From: Amoebidium appalachense
Lineage: Eukaryota; Protista; Ichthyosporea
Length of the DNA stretch: 64,000 bases
Reading direction: 5' to 3'
Assembly: GCA_963693365.1 (NCBI GenBank)
Contig: CAVNZM010000010.1
Span: 3,966,159 to 4,030,158 of the forward strand
Shown here: positions 1-13,527 of the stretch, one piece after another
How positions within the stretch are numbered: the stretch's first letter is position 1
How the letters are laid out: each line of letters begins with the position of its first letter
The notes under the pieces: model-generated
Database searches by the model: none
Told to the model about the DNA's origin: nothing
What the model saw: only the letters and a program-made list of their open reading frames with translations
Program-made: the position numbers and the translations under genes

Positions 1-64
1 CCCCTCCTCCCCCCAACCCACCCACCCACCCACCCACCCACCCACCCACCCAATCCCCTCACAG

Positions 65-512
65 CTAGCGCAAAGTATCCTCGTGCAAACCATACCCCGT
101 GCGCAATGGAAGGACGGACCAGAAGAACTCGACTATGCGGTAGGACTGATTGCACCCTTCTATGAGCTACTACACGAACGCACGGCACTGTTGCTAGGCA
201 ACGGACGGGGACAAATCGAGGGTGACATTGAAATACTGTCAGATATGGTCGACTTTATATTTGCTGTTGGTAAGGTTCACACCACACTGATTTTTAATTT
301 TAGAGTTATAAACTTTATAAATTTGATTGAAACTTTAGAGCTCACAACCTGCCCCACGTCACACCCTTCCTTCCTCTCTGTCTGCATTTGCTCTTGGGGT
401 ACCCCCCTCCCCCCTCCCCCTCTCCCCTCCTCTCCCCCTCCCCCCTTCTTCTCGGGGTATTGCGTTTTCTTGCCTTTGGGCACTAAGTCCTATTTCACTC
501 CTTTGTGGAGAT

Positions 513-545
<33 letters not shown>

Positions 546-1096
546 CTTTGGTGTTTCGGCCTGAATTTTAAGTATAAGGAGAGCGGGGGCGATCGGGTCA
601 AAGAGGAGGAGGGGGAGAGGGAGGGGGGAGGGGAGGGGGGGGGGGGGGGGGGGTATAGTGTGTGTTATGATAGTTGCTGTTGCGCCATGTAACAAACTGT
701 TATCAGCAAAACCCACCCCTCCACATGTTCTAATTGGCCAACTATCACGCAGTCCGCGCAGCCGTGTCGGTGCACAAGGAGCACCAATCAGTTCGTGCCA
801 TGCTCCTGGACCGATCCTACGCCTATGCCATGGCCGATGACCACAGGCCACTGTGCCATCCAGACAGCCTGGCTGTGGGCCTTACCGCAAAGGACTCGAT
901 GCATGGTGGGTAGATATGTTTGGTATCCCCCCCCCCCCACCACCCCCCACCCCTACCCCCACCCACCCACCCAGCCCCCCTCCCCTCCCTCCTCCCCTCT
1001 GCCCCGGCTCAGGTCATGTGGATGGCTTCCCCCCCCCCCCCCCCTCCCCTCCCTCCCTCCCTCCCTCCCTCCTTCCCTCCCCACCCACCCACCCAA

Positions 1097-1144
<48 letters not shown>

Positions 1145-2018
1145 CCCTACCCTGTCGGGATGGACTCTGCGGATTATGTGTACGCTGTATGTGTACTTTG
1201 CATTATGCATTGTCTTTTCCGTTATGAATGTTAACTTTGTACACTTACACATGCTACCCCACCCCCCGGGCGGCCCCCACCCACCCCACCCATTCCTCCC
1301 TGCCTCTCTCCACACCCCTTCCACCCCTTTCCCTAGCCCCTCGCTCCCTCTTTCTCTCCCTCCCTCCCTCCCTCCCAACGTCCCTCCCTCCCTCCCTCAC
1401 TCCTTCCCCCTCTTCCCCTCCCCCCCCCCCCCCCCCCCCCAACAAAACACACACACACACACACACACACAAATCCACCCCTGTCCCCCATCCTTCCCTT
1501 TTCCCTTCTCCCCCCTCCCTCCCTCCCTCCCTTCCATCCTCCCTAGCTCCCTCCCTGCCCCCTATCCCCCCCATCCCTCCCCCCACCTCCCTCCTTCTCC
1601 CCCCCAGTTGATGAAGTGAGTAGCCAGGTATCCCTCCTCGAGTCCAACCAGGGCAAGGGGATGAGGTGGAGGTGGCAGTTTCACGTTGGCGCCGTGGGGG
1701 CACTCAACCGCCAGCCTACGTTCCTCTCACTGCAAACAGAGAGGCAGGCTCTGATCATGAGCTGGTTTGTAACCCCCCCCCCCCCCCCCCCTCCCCTCCC
1801 CCCCCCCCCCCCCAAAAAAAAAGGAAAAATAGATAGAAAGATAGAAAAACAGAGACGTGCACATTTCTTTCACTGCCCCCACAACGCCAGGTTTTTATCA
1901 TAAACTGGTGCGTACTTATGTTTTCCTTTGTTTATCCCCCCCCCCCCCCCCCCCCCCCCCCCTTTTCCTCCTCCTGCTGCTGCTTCACTCCTTCACTCGA
2001 AAACACACGCGCACAGCG

Positions 2019-2102
<84 letters not shown>

Positions 2103-3757
2103 TACACACACACACATGTCGCTCTTGTCGGTGTCCAACGTGACGTACGCAGATAAGAGTGTTGTCTTTCTCGTTTTAGTCCATTTGGTCCGTAACTTAT
2201 CATGTCTCTCTTCTTTTCCACCAGTGTTGCCTACAACGAGAGAGCCATCCGTGATCTTCTCTGGTGCTGTATCCCCCCTGACGGTAGGTCTCCATCTTCA
2301 GTGCTGGCACTGACTTTTTACGCCAATCGGCTTTTTTTCAATCATCTGAAGGGCCAGTTATGGAATATATATATATATATAAAGAAATATATATATATAG
2401 AAATCGACTATTTGGCTCTTGCACCAAAAGGTTTTTTTCAGTCATATGATTGGCCGGCCATAGAAAATCTATATAGGAATCTAGCCCCCAATGTCGGCCC
2501 CACCAATGATGCTGCAGGAAAAGGTTGGGGCTCCCAAGGATTCTAATTGAAAAATGCCGCAGGTTTTCATTGGCTGGCTTCGATTTCGCCACATTCCAAA
2601 AATCGGATAATTAGCCAATGAAAACCTGCGGCATTTCATGTAGCCCATGACAACCTGCGGCATTTTGGACGATGTTTTGGCGCGAATCTTTGCTACTGGC
2701 GCTGGATTGCGATTTGGTTCTACTGTAGAGCAGAAAACGAATCGGCCAGGAGAAGAATAAAAAAAACCGTGTTTGATTTCTTTTTTTTTGCATGTGGGGT
2801 ACGCATCTAACACGTACTGCTCAACGTTGGGGATGGCTGGTTCGCGCCAAATTTTGTGATATCACCTATCATTATTTAGCCTAATGCCTACGCATGACAA
2901 ACAGGTTTATTAATAATTTAATAATTGTTAAACATTCTTTTAAGCAGTCAATTTTTTAATGAAATGCCCTCAATTGAATCCTTGTGAGGCCCCGCCAAGG
3001 TGGCTCAAAAATCCGATAGCCTACATTGCGTAGACCATCTAATTACGTCATTCTGAACTGGTGTAGTCTTTCGGCGCCACTGCGGCGGGGCCAAAATTTG
3101 GGGCTAATAGGAATCGTGTGCCTCACTTAGAAATCGACTGTTAGAGTCAAAACCGCCAACCAATCGCATTCTAAAGACCTTCCTTGTGCCGATTCGCGCA
3201 GAAAGTCAGTGCAGGCGATGTAACCTCTTCCCCCCTTTCCAACTCCGATATGAAATTGCAAACACATGGAGAGACAAAACTCAGGTAGTGCCTTCATCGA
3301 ACGAGAAACCGTTATGATTTCCTTAGATAAAATGTTTACTGAATTTGCCTCACTGGCGCAGCACCGATTATTGGTGGCTTATTGAGGAGGATTTCTTTTG
3401 GGCCGATTTATAGGCCCTTCGGGTCAGGCCCAAATGCCGTTTAATGCGCATCCCGCCAATCATAAGGCGTAATCTTATTTTGGGCCTAAACCGACCCGGA
3501 TCTCCAAAAGAAGCCCCCTTAAAATGTCCATCCATCTATTTGTTGGATACAAGGACTTCACTACATGTGGACTGTGTAAAGATAGACAGTCTAGTTGATA
3601 TGGGGTCAAACATAAACATCCCATTCTGCTACCTCTAGATTAGCTTAGTTGCCTTGTGCACTCTTGTTGGGCCCTGCAAGGCTGGCGCTCGCCAACTAAC
3701 TGGGCTAGAGGATTCCGTTCTTCTCCGTTCCCCAAAAGCACACGGACACACTCGCAT

Positions 3758-3814
<57 letters not shown>

Positions 3815-4229
3815 CACACACACACACACACATACACACACACACCACCATCACCACCATCACCACCATCACCGCCATTACGAAAAAGTGTAAAAAAAAT
3901 GTATATATAAAAAAAACATTGCTAATACTATATTTAATAATAGGTTCAGCCAGCCTCCTTCTAGCCAAGGGGCTGGGCAAGCAGATGCGCAACCAGCTAG
4001 CCAGCCAGGACCCCATGGTGACTAATGAGGACTATAAGAGGTTGCTGCCTAAGGTCACACCATTCCCGAGGTACGTGTGTGTGGGTGTGGTGGGTGGGTG
4101 TTTGGGGGGGAGGGGAGAGAGGGAGGGGGGAGGGAGGGAGGGGGGTACAAGAGATTTGTGCCTAATGTCACACCATTCCCGAGGTACGTGTGTGTGGGTG
4201 TGTGTGTGGGTTTTGGGGGCGGGGGGGGG

Positions 4230-4266
<37 letters not shown>

Positions 4267-4485
4267 GGAGGTGTGTGTGTGTGGGGGGGGGGGGAGGGAG
4301 GGTTGTTTTTACATGTTTGGCTCTGACATATTATTCTAGGGGTCCAAAGGACATGTGCGATTTTGGTATCTAAAGGTTGTATGCATGGGACGGGTGTGGA
4401 ATCTTTTTCTGTGTAATGTTTGCCTTGGGAACACGGCAACGGAGCGTGCCCCCGGGGAGCGCGGGGGGGGGGGGGGGGGGGGGGG

Positions 4486-4527
<42 letters not shown>

Positions 4528-4743
4528 GGTTAGGTACAATAGTGGGTAGACTGTCAAAAGCCCAAGTGTGTATTTGCAATCCCCACCACCCAAGTTTGTT
4601 TTTTCCACTTTTTGTTTTCTGGGAGAAAAAGAGACGTTGTTTCTGACACACTTATACATTGCAGGGACCGGCACATCCGCAAGTGGTTTGAGACCCACCC
4701 TATTCTGTGGTCCATTCTGGAAATTCTTGCTGAAGGTATCAGC

Positions 4744-4781
<38 letters not shown>

Positions 4782-4850
4782 CCTTCTCCCTCCGTCTCTC
4801 CCTTTCTCTCCCTCTCCCTCTGTCTCTCGCTATCTCCCTCCCTCCCTCCC

Positions 4851-4881
<31 letters not shown>

Positions 4882-4939
4882 AAAAAAACACCACCACCCA
4901 CACACACACTCTTTCTCCCTCTTGGTCGCTCTCTGGCTT

Positions 4940-5028
<89 letters not shown>

Positions 5029-6706
5029 CCTCTCTCTCTCCCTCTCCCTCTCCCTCTCTCTTCCTCTCTCTTCCCCCCTCTCTCTCCCTCCTTCCCTCTC
5101 TCTCTCTCTCTCTCTCCCCCCCCCCCCCCCCCTCCCCCCGGGCTCTCTTCCTCTCTCTCCCCCCACCACCCAGTCCTGGTAAAAGAATGGCACATCTGTG
5201 TTCCCACACGCGCACACACATTCACACGCACACACGCGCAAGATAATTAAGGCCATTTTCAGCTGATGCCTGCAAGCCCTGCAAGTGTAAATGGTGACAG
5301 GGAGGGATTTCGAATCACTCCCCAAAACCTTATAATTACATACAGTATTTGTCAGGCTTTCTGAGGCTCTCCCTTTTACTTCTTTTTCTTTTTCTTTTTT
5401 ACATTTCCTTACAACCCAAACTAAGAACTAAAATAAAAATTAATGATTGCATAAACCCACCCAACAGAGCCGGACAGCCTCCTCCTGGTTCAGGTGGAGG
5501 TACGGTCCATGCTCGCTACTGTGATTGGTGAGTTCCACCGTGGACTCAAGCAACAGACCACCGCCCTGCCACAGACACTACGCAACGCAAACAGGCTCAT
5601 GGATATACTTGCAAAGGTAAGGGGAATATCAGAATTATTTCTTTGGATAGTGTTGAAATTCTGATGATTTAGTGTTGGCAACTTGCTTGCAGTTTTCTAT
5701 AAGCTGATTACTAGGGATAGTTGCATGCGCATGTGGGGGCTAAGAGGGGGAAGGGGGGGGGGGGGGGGGGGGGGGGGAGGTATAGAGCCCGGGCTGGAGG
5801 GGGAGGGGGGGGGGGGGGGGGGAGGGAGGTTGCACGTCGTGAACGTGTTTTTTGTACTCGCAACACATTCTAAACATCCCCCCCCCCCCCCCCCCCCTCC
5901 CCCCCCCCCCCCCCCCTCCCACCTACCCACCTACCCACCCCGCTCACACACACACACACACGTACACGTGCAGGCACAGTGGCTGCCCATGCCTCTCTGC
6001 AGTCTTGGTGAGATACTTGAGCACGTGAGCTGTGAGGATGCAACAAAGGTGCTGATGCCCGTGTGGGACTTCTTGGCTGCTTATCCCCCGGAACCTTGGG
6101 ACCAGGCTCATGTGGAGGTGGGTGTGTTTTGTTTTGTTTGTTTTGTTTTTTTTTTTGGTTTGTTTCTTTTTTTCTTTTTTGGTCTTGTGTGTGGTGGTTG
6201 TGGTGGGTGGGGAGGAGGAGGAGGAGAAGGAGGAGCGGGGGGAGGGGGAGGGGGGGGCTGTTGTTTGGAAGAAATTATGGTTGTGTTTGCGTTCACGAAC
6301 GTGTGGTTGTGGTTATGGTTGTGATTTTGGTTTTGTGAGCAGTGGTGTGTAGCTTTTTCGTTTAGGCATATGCCATTAAGGTGCATGTTTTTTATTATTA
6401 TTATTTATTTTTTTTCTCCCTTTGAGAGTTCAGTCTTGGTGTTTGCTCACATGTTCTCCAGCCCGTGGGACCAAGCTCATGTGGTTTACACGTGTTTGCT
6501 AACAGTGCACCGCCCTCCTTTTTTTCACTCCGCAGAAGCGCAACCGCAAGCGGCTATTCCCCGTAGGGTGTGCCCTGCCCTACCTGGGCCCACTCAAGGC
6601 CGTAGTGAGAAGAAACATGGGCAAGGTCGGCAGCTTCTACGTTAACTTCTTCCCTAGCGACCCAACAAGCATGCGGGAGCTACAGGCAACACCAAAACTG
6701 TTTTAA
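65..6706 (+). CDS. INTS5: Integrator complex subunit 5-like, 3' part (gene starts before the window). Exons 65-269, 753-905, 1608-1764, 2225-2283, 3944-4070, 4665-4735, 5468-5616, 5974-6117, 6536-6706
   Basis: GT-AG exons join in consistent phase. The C-terminal peptide ...VTPFPRDRHIRKWFETHPILWSILEILAEEPDSLLLVQVEVRSMLATVIG...WLPMPLCSLGEILEHVSCEDATKVLMPVWDFL...PYLGPLKAVVRRNMGKVG... parallels the recalled INTS5 C-terminal region ([20 protein letters not shown]...LPPALGNMHEVF...LLSVWGFL...LHRNIDRLG). Confidence 0.8.
2307..3212. mobile_element. Non-autonomous TIR DNA element in an INTS5 intron
   Basis: Imperfect 25-bp terminal inverted repeats gcactgactttttacgccaatcggc / gccgattcgcgcagaaagtcagtgc. 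The interior is AT-richer and free of the surrounding homopolymer tracts. No TSD recognised. Confidence 0.65.
3382..3522. mobile_element. MITE of about 140 bp (Tourist/PIF-like ends), copy 1
   Basis: Ends ttgaggaggatttcttttgg / ccaaaagaagcccccttaa are inverted. The interior (tcgggtc..gcccaaatgc..gccaatcata..ccgacccg..ggat) resembles 36929-37080. Confidence 0.55.
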
Positions 6707-8736
6707 TTAGTTGGTGTTCGGGCTTGGTGTGGAAACTTTAAGGGAGGGGACATTTGTGTGATGGGAGACAATACGATGGACGGGCATGTGTTTTGCGTCG
6801 AAGAAGGGAGAGGGGGGGGGGGGGGGGGGGGGGGGGGGAGGGTTGCATTTGTTAGAGTGTGTGTGAGGTGGAGCGCGGTTGTTCGAATGTGATAATGGTG
6901 GCTCTCGCGCACGTGTATTGGGCATATTAACCCAATTTACTTTTTTGATGGCTGTTTGTTGTTCACTGTAGGGTGTGGGTGTTGGACAATTGGGCTATTA
7001 TTCTCCGTGTGTTAAAAATATACGTGCTCAACTTCACAATAAGGAAGTTTTCCTGGGAGAGTTTTCCTAGTTATTTTCATCTCTGTTACATTCTTCTTAG
7101 TTAAAATCAAGTTCTTTTCTCCTTGCAAAGCCGCCGGGGCCCTCCGGGGAGGGGGGGGGGGGGGGGGGGGGGATTAGGATTTTGTGTTCTCGTGGATGTT
7201 GACAAATTAATTTTCAGAAAAGTGGAAGTCGAAGGTCATCTCTTGAAAAATCGAATGAATGTTGTGTGGGTGTGTTAGGTCAGGTGCTTGAACTTTCTCA
7301 CACCAGATGATGTTGATTCCCATATTTGGGTAGTTTGAAGCTAGTGGAATTGCATTGCACACGAAATTAGCTGGTGATTGCTTCAAAAGGGGTTTTTGCT
7401 GAACGTTGCACTGTGATTTATTGGCATTGTTTTTTTTGAATTAAAGAAGGATTGAAAAGGGGGCCCCGCTATCATTTTTAGGTGGCTCCCTGGAACCACG
7501 AGAGAACTTGATGTGACAAATTGTTTGCTGAAGTGTTTGCTGAAGTGTTTTGACTCTTCCCACACTTGTGATGACAACGCATACTTGCGTAATTCCGTGC
7601 GTAGACATATGGGGTATATAAGTGGATGGTGTGGGTGCCATAGACAGTATGACACACAGTTTTTGTTGGTGCAAACTGCATGTCAGTGTGGTGCCTGGAG
7701 CGATTGTGCCGGTGTGCGTGTGTACACATGTGGTTGCCACTGTGTATGGGTTGTGTGTGTGTGTGTGTGTTTGCATTGCCTACAAGTGTGCATGCCGATG
7801 TGGAGGGCGTGTGCATGTACAACTGTAGTCTGTGTGTGCGTGCATGTTTGAAAAATCGTGTTTGCCAGCGTAGGTGTGCCCGGACGGCCTCTGGTTGGGA
7901 GGAGCGAAGGGGGAGGGGGGAGGGGGGGAGAAGGGGGGGATGGGATCTTGATATATAGTATGAAGCTCGTTGCTCATTCAACCTTACTAACCGTGATTCA
8001 TCATTCGCAGTCATGATGACTGCCGTATTTGTCTATCAATTGTGCGGATAGACAGCTGTGCACTTCCAAGAATCAGAATCACCGGTCGACAGATTTACAA
8101 ATTAGTAGATGTTTATTGCACGGCCCAGTGGCATATAGTAGCAGGTCACTTAATGCTGCACGTGCATGGCAGATACGTAGATAAGGACACACATACACCC
8201 ACAAACACACAGACACAATTATGTATACATGTGTATACAGCATTGCCTGTTCTAGCGGGCACACCCGGTAGGTTAGCTGGACACCAGCTCTGGCACCATG
8301 TCCAAATAACGTGAAGAGTCTGAGAACCATCCGAACAAAGCGGACGGAAGGCCTACGGTGACTGAGCTGGAGCACGTTATTTTAGAGAACGAAAGCATCA
8401 AGCTATTGCTTAAACGCTTTCATCCCACTCACTAATCCACAAGAATCCGAAAACTGCTCCACCGACAGCATCTACTCCCCCGTGATGTCTCATTCACTAT
8501 ACCGCATGGATCGGATAACGGCACAGCCGTGGCTGTGGGAGGTGGGCACCCCTCTTTGGAGTAGCCCCGTCACTGAGGTGTAGCGGAGGCACGAGACCAC
8601 AATTGTTTTGCAGCGGTCAAGCAGCAGCTTGCCCAATCTCGTCGTTGGCTCATGTTCAAATCACGGGAACTGCGGCCTGTAGTGGGTTAAGGGGTTAGGC
8701 ACAGGCGTGTCCCTCCGCCTCGGTGGCAGCCCATTG

Positions 8737-9030
8737 ACCCCGTTGGAAGGTTCTGTCGAGCACACGGCTGAGCCGGGCCGTTCAGTGTTATCCTCGAGGG
8801 CCAAGGGTGGTGCCGGGGTGAGAGTATTGAAAACAAAAATGGCACCCCAATAATAACCCCGTTGGAAGTTTCTGTCGAGCACACGGCTATAAGCCGAGCC
8901 GTTCAGTGTTATCTTTGAGGGTTATTAGGGGTGCCGAGGCGTCAATCGGCCCCGTTGGAATGTTCTGTTGATCCACACGGCTGAGCCGGGCCGTTCAGTG
9001 TTATCCTCGAGGGCCAAGGTTGGTGCCAAA
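8737..9030. repeat. Three imperfect tandem copies of a ~65-80 bp core
   Basis: ccccgttggaaNNttctgtcgagcacacggctgagccgggccgttcagtgttatcctcgaggg recurs at about 8737, 8856 and 8950. Confidence 0.85.
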
Positions 9031-9849
9031 ACGTGAGAGCGGATGTATGGGTATGTGTGCACGCGCAAGTGTCGTTTACCACAACGCATTGAATAGAACG
9101 TGGGAATGAGAGAAATCGCAGCAGTTTTTAGACACTAAGACAGCATCTAAAGGAAAAACATGGAAGAAAGTTGCCGGCCTCCCAGAGGAACATTGTAGGG
9201 AGACCGGAAACCCCGACTGACACACGCAATACACCCATATATCGTCAGAGCATACATCATGATGATATACACATGTATATGCCCGGAAAACTCCTTACCT
9301 TTGTTTCTAGGCAGCAACAGAAAGAGTTGGAAGCGGGGCTTCATCTTTCAACTGGATTTTGCTTTTGATGGATGCAAGGCCATGTTCTCGTTAGTCGACG
9401 GCAGCGGGCAGGGGGAAGGAGCCGGGGGGTGGCGTCATGGTTGGTCAGGTCGGTGTGGGAGGCGGCCTAGAGACGCAGGCACGGCGCTGGGGGCAAGCTT
9501 GGTTGGGCGGCTGAGAGCCGAAATTGGCAGCTTGAAGAACATCGTTTCTTCAAGGCAAACGACAGCACTGTGACAACCTGTGGTGTAAGCTGTTATATAC
9601 CTGTTGCAGCCTCCCCTAAAACTTTTTTGCTTCCCCAAAACCCTAAATTCCCTCTTTTTCAATCTATTCATTTGATTATATTACCGATTATCGAATGCTT
9701 TCAACACGTGTAACTGAAACTTTCACGTAAAAAAGAAAGATTTAGATATTTTAGGTGATAATGTGTGTAGTAGGTAAACAAATCTATATTTTACCTCATA
9801 CTGCTCTCAAGTTCTTACCCGATTTTCGCGAAAAGCGCAATGTAGAAGA

Positions 9850-11977
9850 GTAAACTTCCACACCACCTTCCTGGCCGATTGATTCTTCCTTTCCAGGCGA
9901 ATATTTGAGCTATTTTAATGCCGCACACGTTCAACATGCTATTTCTGCCCTTAAACCCGAGAAGGCTTGTGGTCCGGATGCCCTTCCACCCGCGCTTCTT
10001 AAGGCATTGTGCCCTCTGCCCGTTATTACCAAAGGCGGGAATACGCCGCCTCCACCCCCCTTTGCGTATTTGGTGAGCGAGTTTTTCTCTGCCTTCTATG
10101 AGTTTGGATTCATTCCTTCGTCGTGGAATGACACCATTATAAATCCCGTCCGCAAGAAGGTCTCTACTGGTCCGATTTCTTCCTTCCCGCCACTCACCTT
10201 AACTAACATATTTCGTCGCCTATTCGAGTCCTGCATATTGCGTGCCTTCCACAAGCATGAGACCTTATCGAGTGTCTTCCGGTTGAGCAACATTCAGGGC
10301 GGATTTCGGCGTGCTTATTCGTGCTATACTCATGCTCTTTTATTACACGACACTATTCGTTCTGGATGTCGCGAGGTATGGTTTATCGACCTTAAGAATG
10401 CCTATGACACGGTTCCAACGAATTTGCTGTGACACAAGTTGGCCTCTCGAGGGCTACCTCTTCCCTTTGGTCGGCTACTTCAGGCGTTATTTGACCGCAC
10501 CCATGGGGCTGCCGTTGTGAATGGGGTACTGAGTAACGGATTCAATCGTACTCGAGGCCTTTTACAGGGCTCACTTTTGAGTCCCCTTCTCTTTGATGTC
10601 TTTATTGACGACTTAGCGGTAGAAATTCAACAATTTCCAGTTGCCGTGACTCTTGTGTCTCCGGCCTTTTTTTCGCTGATGATATTGTCTTAGTCACTCA
10701 CGATCCTTCTATCATGAATAACATGCTTTCTCGAGTAGATGACTGGTGTTTCCGAAATTTCATGAAAATTGGGATCGATAAATGCGGCACCTTTTCTTCC
10801 AATGCACAGTACACTCTGAACATTCAACCTATCCCAATCGTGTCCTCCTATGACTATTTAGGTATTCCTTTCACCTCTAAGGGTATCTGGTTTGAGCGCC
10901 TTTTGACTTCGCGCATTTCTCGTGCGCGTGGTCGCTTACATATCTATCAAGGAATATTCGCAAATATCTCTAATATTCATCCTGCCAATTTGCTCACTCT
11001 TTATAAAGTTTTTCTTCGTCCATGTTTCGAATATGGCCTCCCGTTACTCTTCACGGCAACCGCGCGCGGCTCTTCGGGAATTCGATTCCTTTCAGCGTGA
11101 ATTCATCCAGTTTATTTCTCGAACCTCGCGTAGGCATCCTTTGGCGGCTCCCTTGCTGAGTGTTTTTGGTCTCCCTCCGGCGCGCCAGCGTATGAATGAA
11201 TTAGGACTTCGCTTTTGTTTCCATTTGGTTAGGCTTCCTTCTTATCATCCTTTGTTGCAATTCTTTCCTTCTTTAGCACCTGTTCCCGGCATTTCTAATG
11301 TTCGTGCGAAATGTCCTACCCCCAATCTCTCTCCCATTCCGAGATATCCTTTTAAATACTTATCTCCTTTATTTTTCTCTTCTACTAGTTATCAGCAGTA
11401 TGTTACTTGGTTTCATACTCAATATCCTTTGCTTCATCGTTGTGATAAAGAGTATCATGGTAGGGCTCTTTGTGAGCCTGTGCTTCTTTTTATATTGGAG
11501 ACTCGTCTATTTTCTTTACAAACGTTGTGTAAATTAGCTACTTATATTTATCCTTCCTCTCGTAAACCTACCACACTTACCGATTTTGCAATTCTAACCC
11601 CTCCTTGTGACATAGCTTGGAAAAGTTTATTTTGGCGCTCTAACCTTTGTTTCCATAAATGTTTGTGCCTCTTTTGTGCAGAACCTTTTTCTCGTAAACA
11701 CTTAGATAGATGTATTTATTTATCTCAGATTATTCCGTTGGAAATTAGAAGACTGGCTTATTTAGACAATCCTGCTATTACGTCTATTGACTATCTGTTG
11801 AACCACGGTATGTTCAACGAGTACTAGTTTTCTAGGGTGTATGATTATTTAAGTCGTTTATCTCCTCCGTATCCGAGAGTGAGGGCTTTTGTATTTTTCT
11901 TCTCCGAGATATCGGTGATATCTCGATGGCTTCTATTTTGCTGAGCATATCAATAAAGTCATTATATATAAAAAAAA
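9850..11977 (+). mobile_element. Decayed, 5'-truncated non-LTR retrotransposon (LINE) with RT domain and C-terminal Cys/His knuckle
   Basis: RT motifs KACGPDAL, FPPLTLTNIFRRLFE, QGGFR, FIDLKNAYD, GLLQGSLLSPLLF, FADDI (frameshifted at the T-run near 10670) and YDYLGI. In-frame TGA at 10430-10432 and another frameshift near 11050. CLFC-x7-H-x3-C near the end. AATAAA at 11952 and A-tail at 11970-11977. The 5' boundary is approximate. Confidence 0.92.
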
Positions 11978-12228
11978 CTTTCATACGCCCCAGTAACGGA
12001 CTCTAGGGTGCATCCTGCTTCCCAACCGGGTTAGCCAATCAAAGGACAGCTGCCCAGCTGCCCGTGACGTCAGCCCCTGGCAGTTAGCCTCGGTACACGT
12101 GCGTGTTTTTTGCATTTGTGTGGTGTGGTGTGTGTGCGTGCGTGTGTGCGTGTGTGTGTTTGTGCGTTTGTGCGTGTGTGCGTGTGCGCGTGTGCGCGCG
12201 CGTGCGTGTGTGTGTGCGTGTGTGCGTG

Positions 12229-12307
<79 letters not shown>

Positions 12308-12601
12308 ATGTTCGTGTGTGCGTTTGTGGGTGTGCATACATGCTTGTGTGCGTTTGTCTGTGCATGTGCGTTAGTGGTTTGTGTGTGTGTGTGAAGGTGG
12401 AGAGACTTTTGTGTGTGTGTGTGTGTGTGTGCGCCTGTCCGTGAGTCCGTGTGAGTGAGCACGTGTGTGCGCGCGTATGTGGGTGTGTGTGTGAATGTGT
12501 TTGTGTGTGTGTATCGTGTTATTACACGTGTGCATGTGCGTGTTTGCGTGTATGTGGCTGTGTGTGTGTGTGTGCGTGCGCGCGGTGTGTGTGTGTGTGT
12601 T

Positions 12602-12648
<47 letters not shown>

Positions 12649-12809
12649 ACGTACAGTGTATGTTGAAACAAGCACACATGCAAATTCAACACACATGTGC
12701 ACTTGTGGCACTCAGCTTAGTCCACACAGGCACACATCCACGCACACACACGCGCGCACACACGCACACACACATACACAAGCACACACACACACACACA
12801 CACACACAT

Positions 12810-12845
<36 letters not shown>

Positions 12846-12850
12846 AGTGT

Positions 12851-12881
<31 letters not shown>

Positions 12882-13527
12882 TCTCTTTCTCTCTCTCAGC
12901 GGCCACTTCCACACACATTGCCCACCCCATGTTCGATAAACTTCCTTCCGTAGCCCTAAATCTGAACCCGCCCCGTTTGAATTAAGTTGGTGCTCATGCG
13001 CTTTTTCTGTACGCACCCAAAGGTCTGTATGTGTGTGGGTGTGTGCTTCCCTAGCGCCAATCGTGTGTGCCTAAAAACATATCTTCACGATTCTAATGCA
13101 TCATAGTGACTACTTTGAGGTGTGAAAATCAGTGAATCAGGATTATTCAGTGATAGTAAGCGTGGGTGAAGGAGAGGTTGGGGAGGGAGGTGGGTAGGTG
13201 GTGGTGGTGGTGGTGGGTTTTTTTTTTTTTTTTTTTTTTTTTTGTTTGGGGGGGAGGGGGGGGGGGGGGGGGGGGGAGGAGGGCAAGTGGCTCAAGTTGG
13301 TGCTCCTCTGACTGAAACACTAGCACTTCATGGTCGGCAGGAAACCAGAGCGAAATCACTACAAATCAACCGGTTTGTGTTCATTTTACATTGTTTTATT
13401 TTGTGCTGGTCAACAAGCTTGTATTGTCAGTGACCATACAATGGTCAAATATATAAATGTGCCTTCAAGTTACTATATCAGTGCATACGAGCAATTCCAA
13501 CTATTTACATGAGGCCCGTGCCATCAT

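Noticed and set aside
2284-3284. TIR element acting as an introner, with its end supplying an AG acceptor for an exon at about 3215-3284
   Set aside because: Exon 2225-2283 splices in phase directly to 3944. Including the extra segment breaks phase, so the element is simply intronic.
4339-4375. Extra INTS5 mini-exon (GSKGHVRFWYLK)
   Set aside because: Out of phase with the flanking exons, which join directly to give the conserved PRDRHI segment.
8737-9030. CRISPR-like repeat-spacer array
   Set aside because: Only three copies, repeats too long and degenerate, spacers unequal, eukaryotic context and no cas genes.
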